In this document: piece after piece, positions 62,575-64,000 of the stretch | Layout: the number at the start of each line of letters is the position of its first letter | Numbering within the stretch: position 1 is the stretch's first letter | NCBI GenBank assembly: GCA_030603385.1 | Contig: JAUVXW010000012.1 | Span: 1-64,000, forward strand | DNA length: 64,000 nt | Direction: 5' to 3' | Source of the DNA: Promethearchaeota archaeon | GTDB taxonomy: Archaea > Asgardarchaeota > Lokiarchaeia > Sigyniarchaeales > SOKP01 | Position numbers and translations under genes: made by a program | The notes under the pieces: model-generated | Seen by the model: the letters and a program-made list of their open reading frames with translations, nothing else | The model's database searches: none | What the model was told of the DNA's origin: nothing

Positions 62575-64000
62575 GTGAGAAAAGTAAAAAATAATAATGA
62601 AGACAAAAGCACTATTCGGAAATTGTTCGGGTATTTCTCATTAAAAAGGCGTATCTTACTTTTAACAATAGCATGTGCAACTATGTGGGCAATTATCCGG
62701 GCAATATCGCCTTATATTACAGGTCTAGCATTTGATGTAATATACAATAGCCTGGATAAAGGTGAATCAGTTAACATAACGATTCGGGCATATATATTGA
62801 TTCTCACTCTTATGGCGGTATCAGCATTCCTGGCCCAAGGTCTTGCGATATTTTTTGGGGGGAACTTACATCAAGGAATCTATAAAGAACTTAGGGGGGA
62901 TGTATTTGACTCACTTCAAAGACAATCACATAAATATTTTGGTGATCATAGTACTGGGGAACTCATTTCTAGGTCCACCTCAGATATACAGCGAGCAACA
63001 GAAATCTTCTGGGCAATACCCATCAGTGGCACATTAATGATTGTCGAATTTACAGTACTTATATCGTTGTTATTTATTATCAACTTTTTAATCGGAATCA
63101 TCTGTGTGATTTCTCTACCAATGATGTGGTTTATAACAAGACATTTTAAGAAAAAGTTCTGGCCAATATATTTTGAAGCTCGAGAACAAATTGGCATACT
63201 CAACAAAGTTATGGCAGAAAATATCGCCGGAGCGATTGTTTCACGAGTTTTTGACGCGAGAAAGAAAGATCTTATGCGATTAGATAGAGATAATTCGCAA
63301 TACCGAGATTTTATGATTAAATCACATAAGTATTATGCACTGGTTTGGCCTCAAATGCTTTTAATTGGAGGGATTGTAGTTTCAATTGTAATATTATTCG
63401 GGGGATCCTTAGTCATGAACAACGAGATGACAGCTGGAAGCTTTATCGCAGCTATAATGCTCTCTGGACGCCTTTTTATACCAATAGATAATGGTACCCG
63501 CGTTGGAGTTTGGTTAGGCATAGCTCAAGCAACAGGAAGGAGAGTTTTTGAGGTAATTGAAAATATCCCCGTGATAATGGACGATCCAGAAGCAATCACC
63601 CTCCCAGAAGATGGAGAAGGTGAAATTAGTTTTGAAGGCGTGAGTTTTGGTTATAGGAAAGAACCAGTATTAGAAGGGATTACATTGTCAATTCCCGCGG
63701 GAAGTACTCTAGCCCTCTTAGGTGGAACGGGTTCTGGGAAGAGTTCATTGATCAATTTGATCCCGAGGTTCTATGATGTTACGACAGGGGCTGTAAAAAT
63801 AGATGGGATTGATGTTCGGAACTTGAAGCTGGAATCAATAAGGAGGAGAATTGGTTTTTGTGATCAAGAAACATTTCTTTTTTCTAGAAGTATTGGAGAA
63901 AATATCGCATTTGGGAATCAGCAGGCAACAAAAGAAGAGATCATTCAAGTTGCAAAGATATCTCAAATTCATGAATTCATTGAAAGTCTTCCTGATGGAT
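62575..64000 (+). CDS. ABC exporter (fused TMD-NBD, MdlB/MsbA type); runs off window end
   Basis: Manual translation from GTG 62575; TM helices, TGELISR, Walker A GGTGSGKS at 63721, Q-loop DQETFLFS. Confidence 0.9.
   Translation, partial: MRKVKNNNEDKSTIRKLFGYFSLKRRILLLTIACATMWAIIRAISPYITGLAFDVIYNSLDKGESVNITIRAYILILTLMAVSAFLAQGLAIFFGGNLHQGIYKELRGDVFDSLQRQSHKYFGDHSTGELISRSTSDIQRATEIFWAIPISGTLMIVEFTVLISLLFIINFLIGIICVISLPMMWFITRHFKKKFWPIYFEAREQIGILNKVMAENIAGAIVSRVFDARKKDLMRLDRDNSQYRDFMIKSHKYYALVWPQMLLIGGIVVSIVILFGGSLVMNNEMTAGSFIAAIMLSGRLFIPIDNGTRVGVWLGIAQATGRRVFEVIENIPVIMDDPEAITLPEDGEGEISFEGVSFGYRKEPVLEGITLSIPAGSTLALLGGTGSGKSSLINLIPRFYDVTTGAVKIDGIDVRNLKLESIRRRIGFCDQETFLFSRSIGENIAFGNQQATKEEIIQVAKISQIHEFIESLPDG

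Noticed and set aside
62597-62644. ATG 62597 as the ABC transporter start
   Set aside because: That frame stops after 15 codons; the transporter frame opens at GTG 62575
1585-63206. Other short ORFs overlapping longer genes (e.g. 1585..1857, 10161..10571, 11104..11529, 27788..28189, 34246..34623, 51827..52183, 62843..63206)
   Set aside because: Lie antisense or out of frame within well-supported CDSs and carry no motifs
1-64000. Genome-wide TAG reassignment
   Set aside because: nfo, actin, 39660..39998 and trmJ end in TAG at expected lengths; the nfo TAG directly abuts a convergent gene

Overview
AT-rich, gene-dense archaeal DNA that most likely comes from an Asgard archaeon (Lokiarchaeia/Promethearchaeota). 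This is inferred from an actin-family gene, a longin-small GTPase fusion, TFB paralogs, an IPGY-type C-terminal sorting signal, a multi-PAS histidine kinase and GGTGA-type RBSs. About 50 CDSs are present, covering amino-acid and acyl-CoA metabolism, redox enzymes, transport, DNA/RNA housekeeping and many lineage-specific proteins. No rRNA, intact tRNA, CRISPR array or transposase was recognised. Most notable: (1) two tandem SERCA-scaffold P-type ATPases whose transport site is rewritten identically in both copies (M4 PEGLP to PINIP/PINLP, resembling the P4 lipid-flippase PISL motif; M6 Asp to His), implying an unknown substrate; (2) a coiled-coil/proline-rich/WH2-like protein about 5 kb from a catalytically divergent actin; (3) between them, an accessory patch with a 7-bladed FG-GAP propeller membrane protein with hypervariable loops, bracketed by a 74-bp direct repeat and gene fragments; (4) a longin-pseudoGTPase/HEAT/longin-Zn cluster; (5) a CoA-transferase with one in-frame TAG and a frameshifted GIY-YIG nuclease. 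All family assignments are from motif recognition by eye; no database searches were run.
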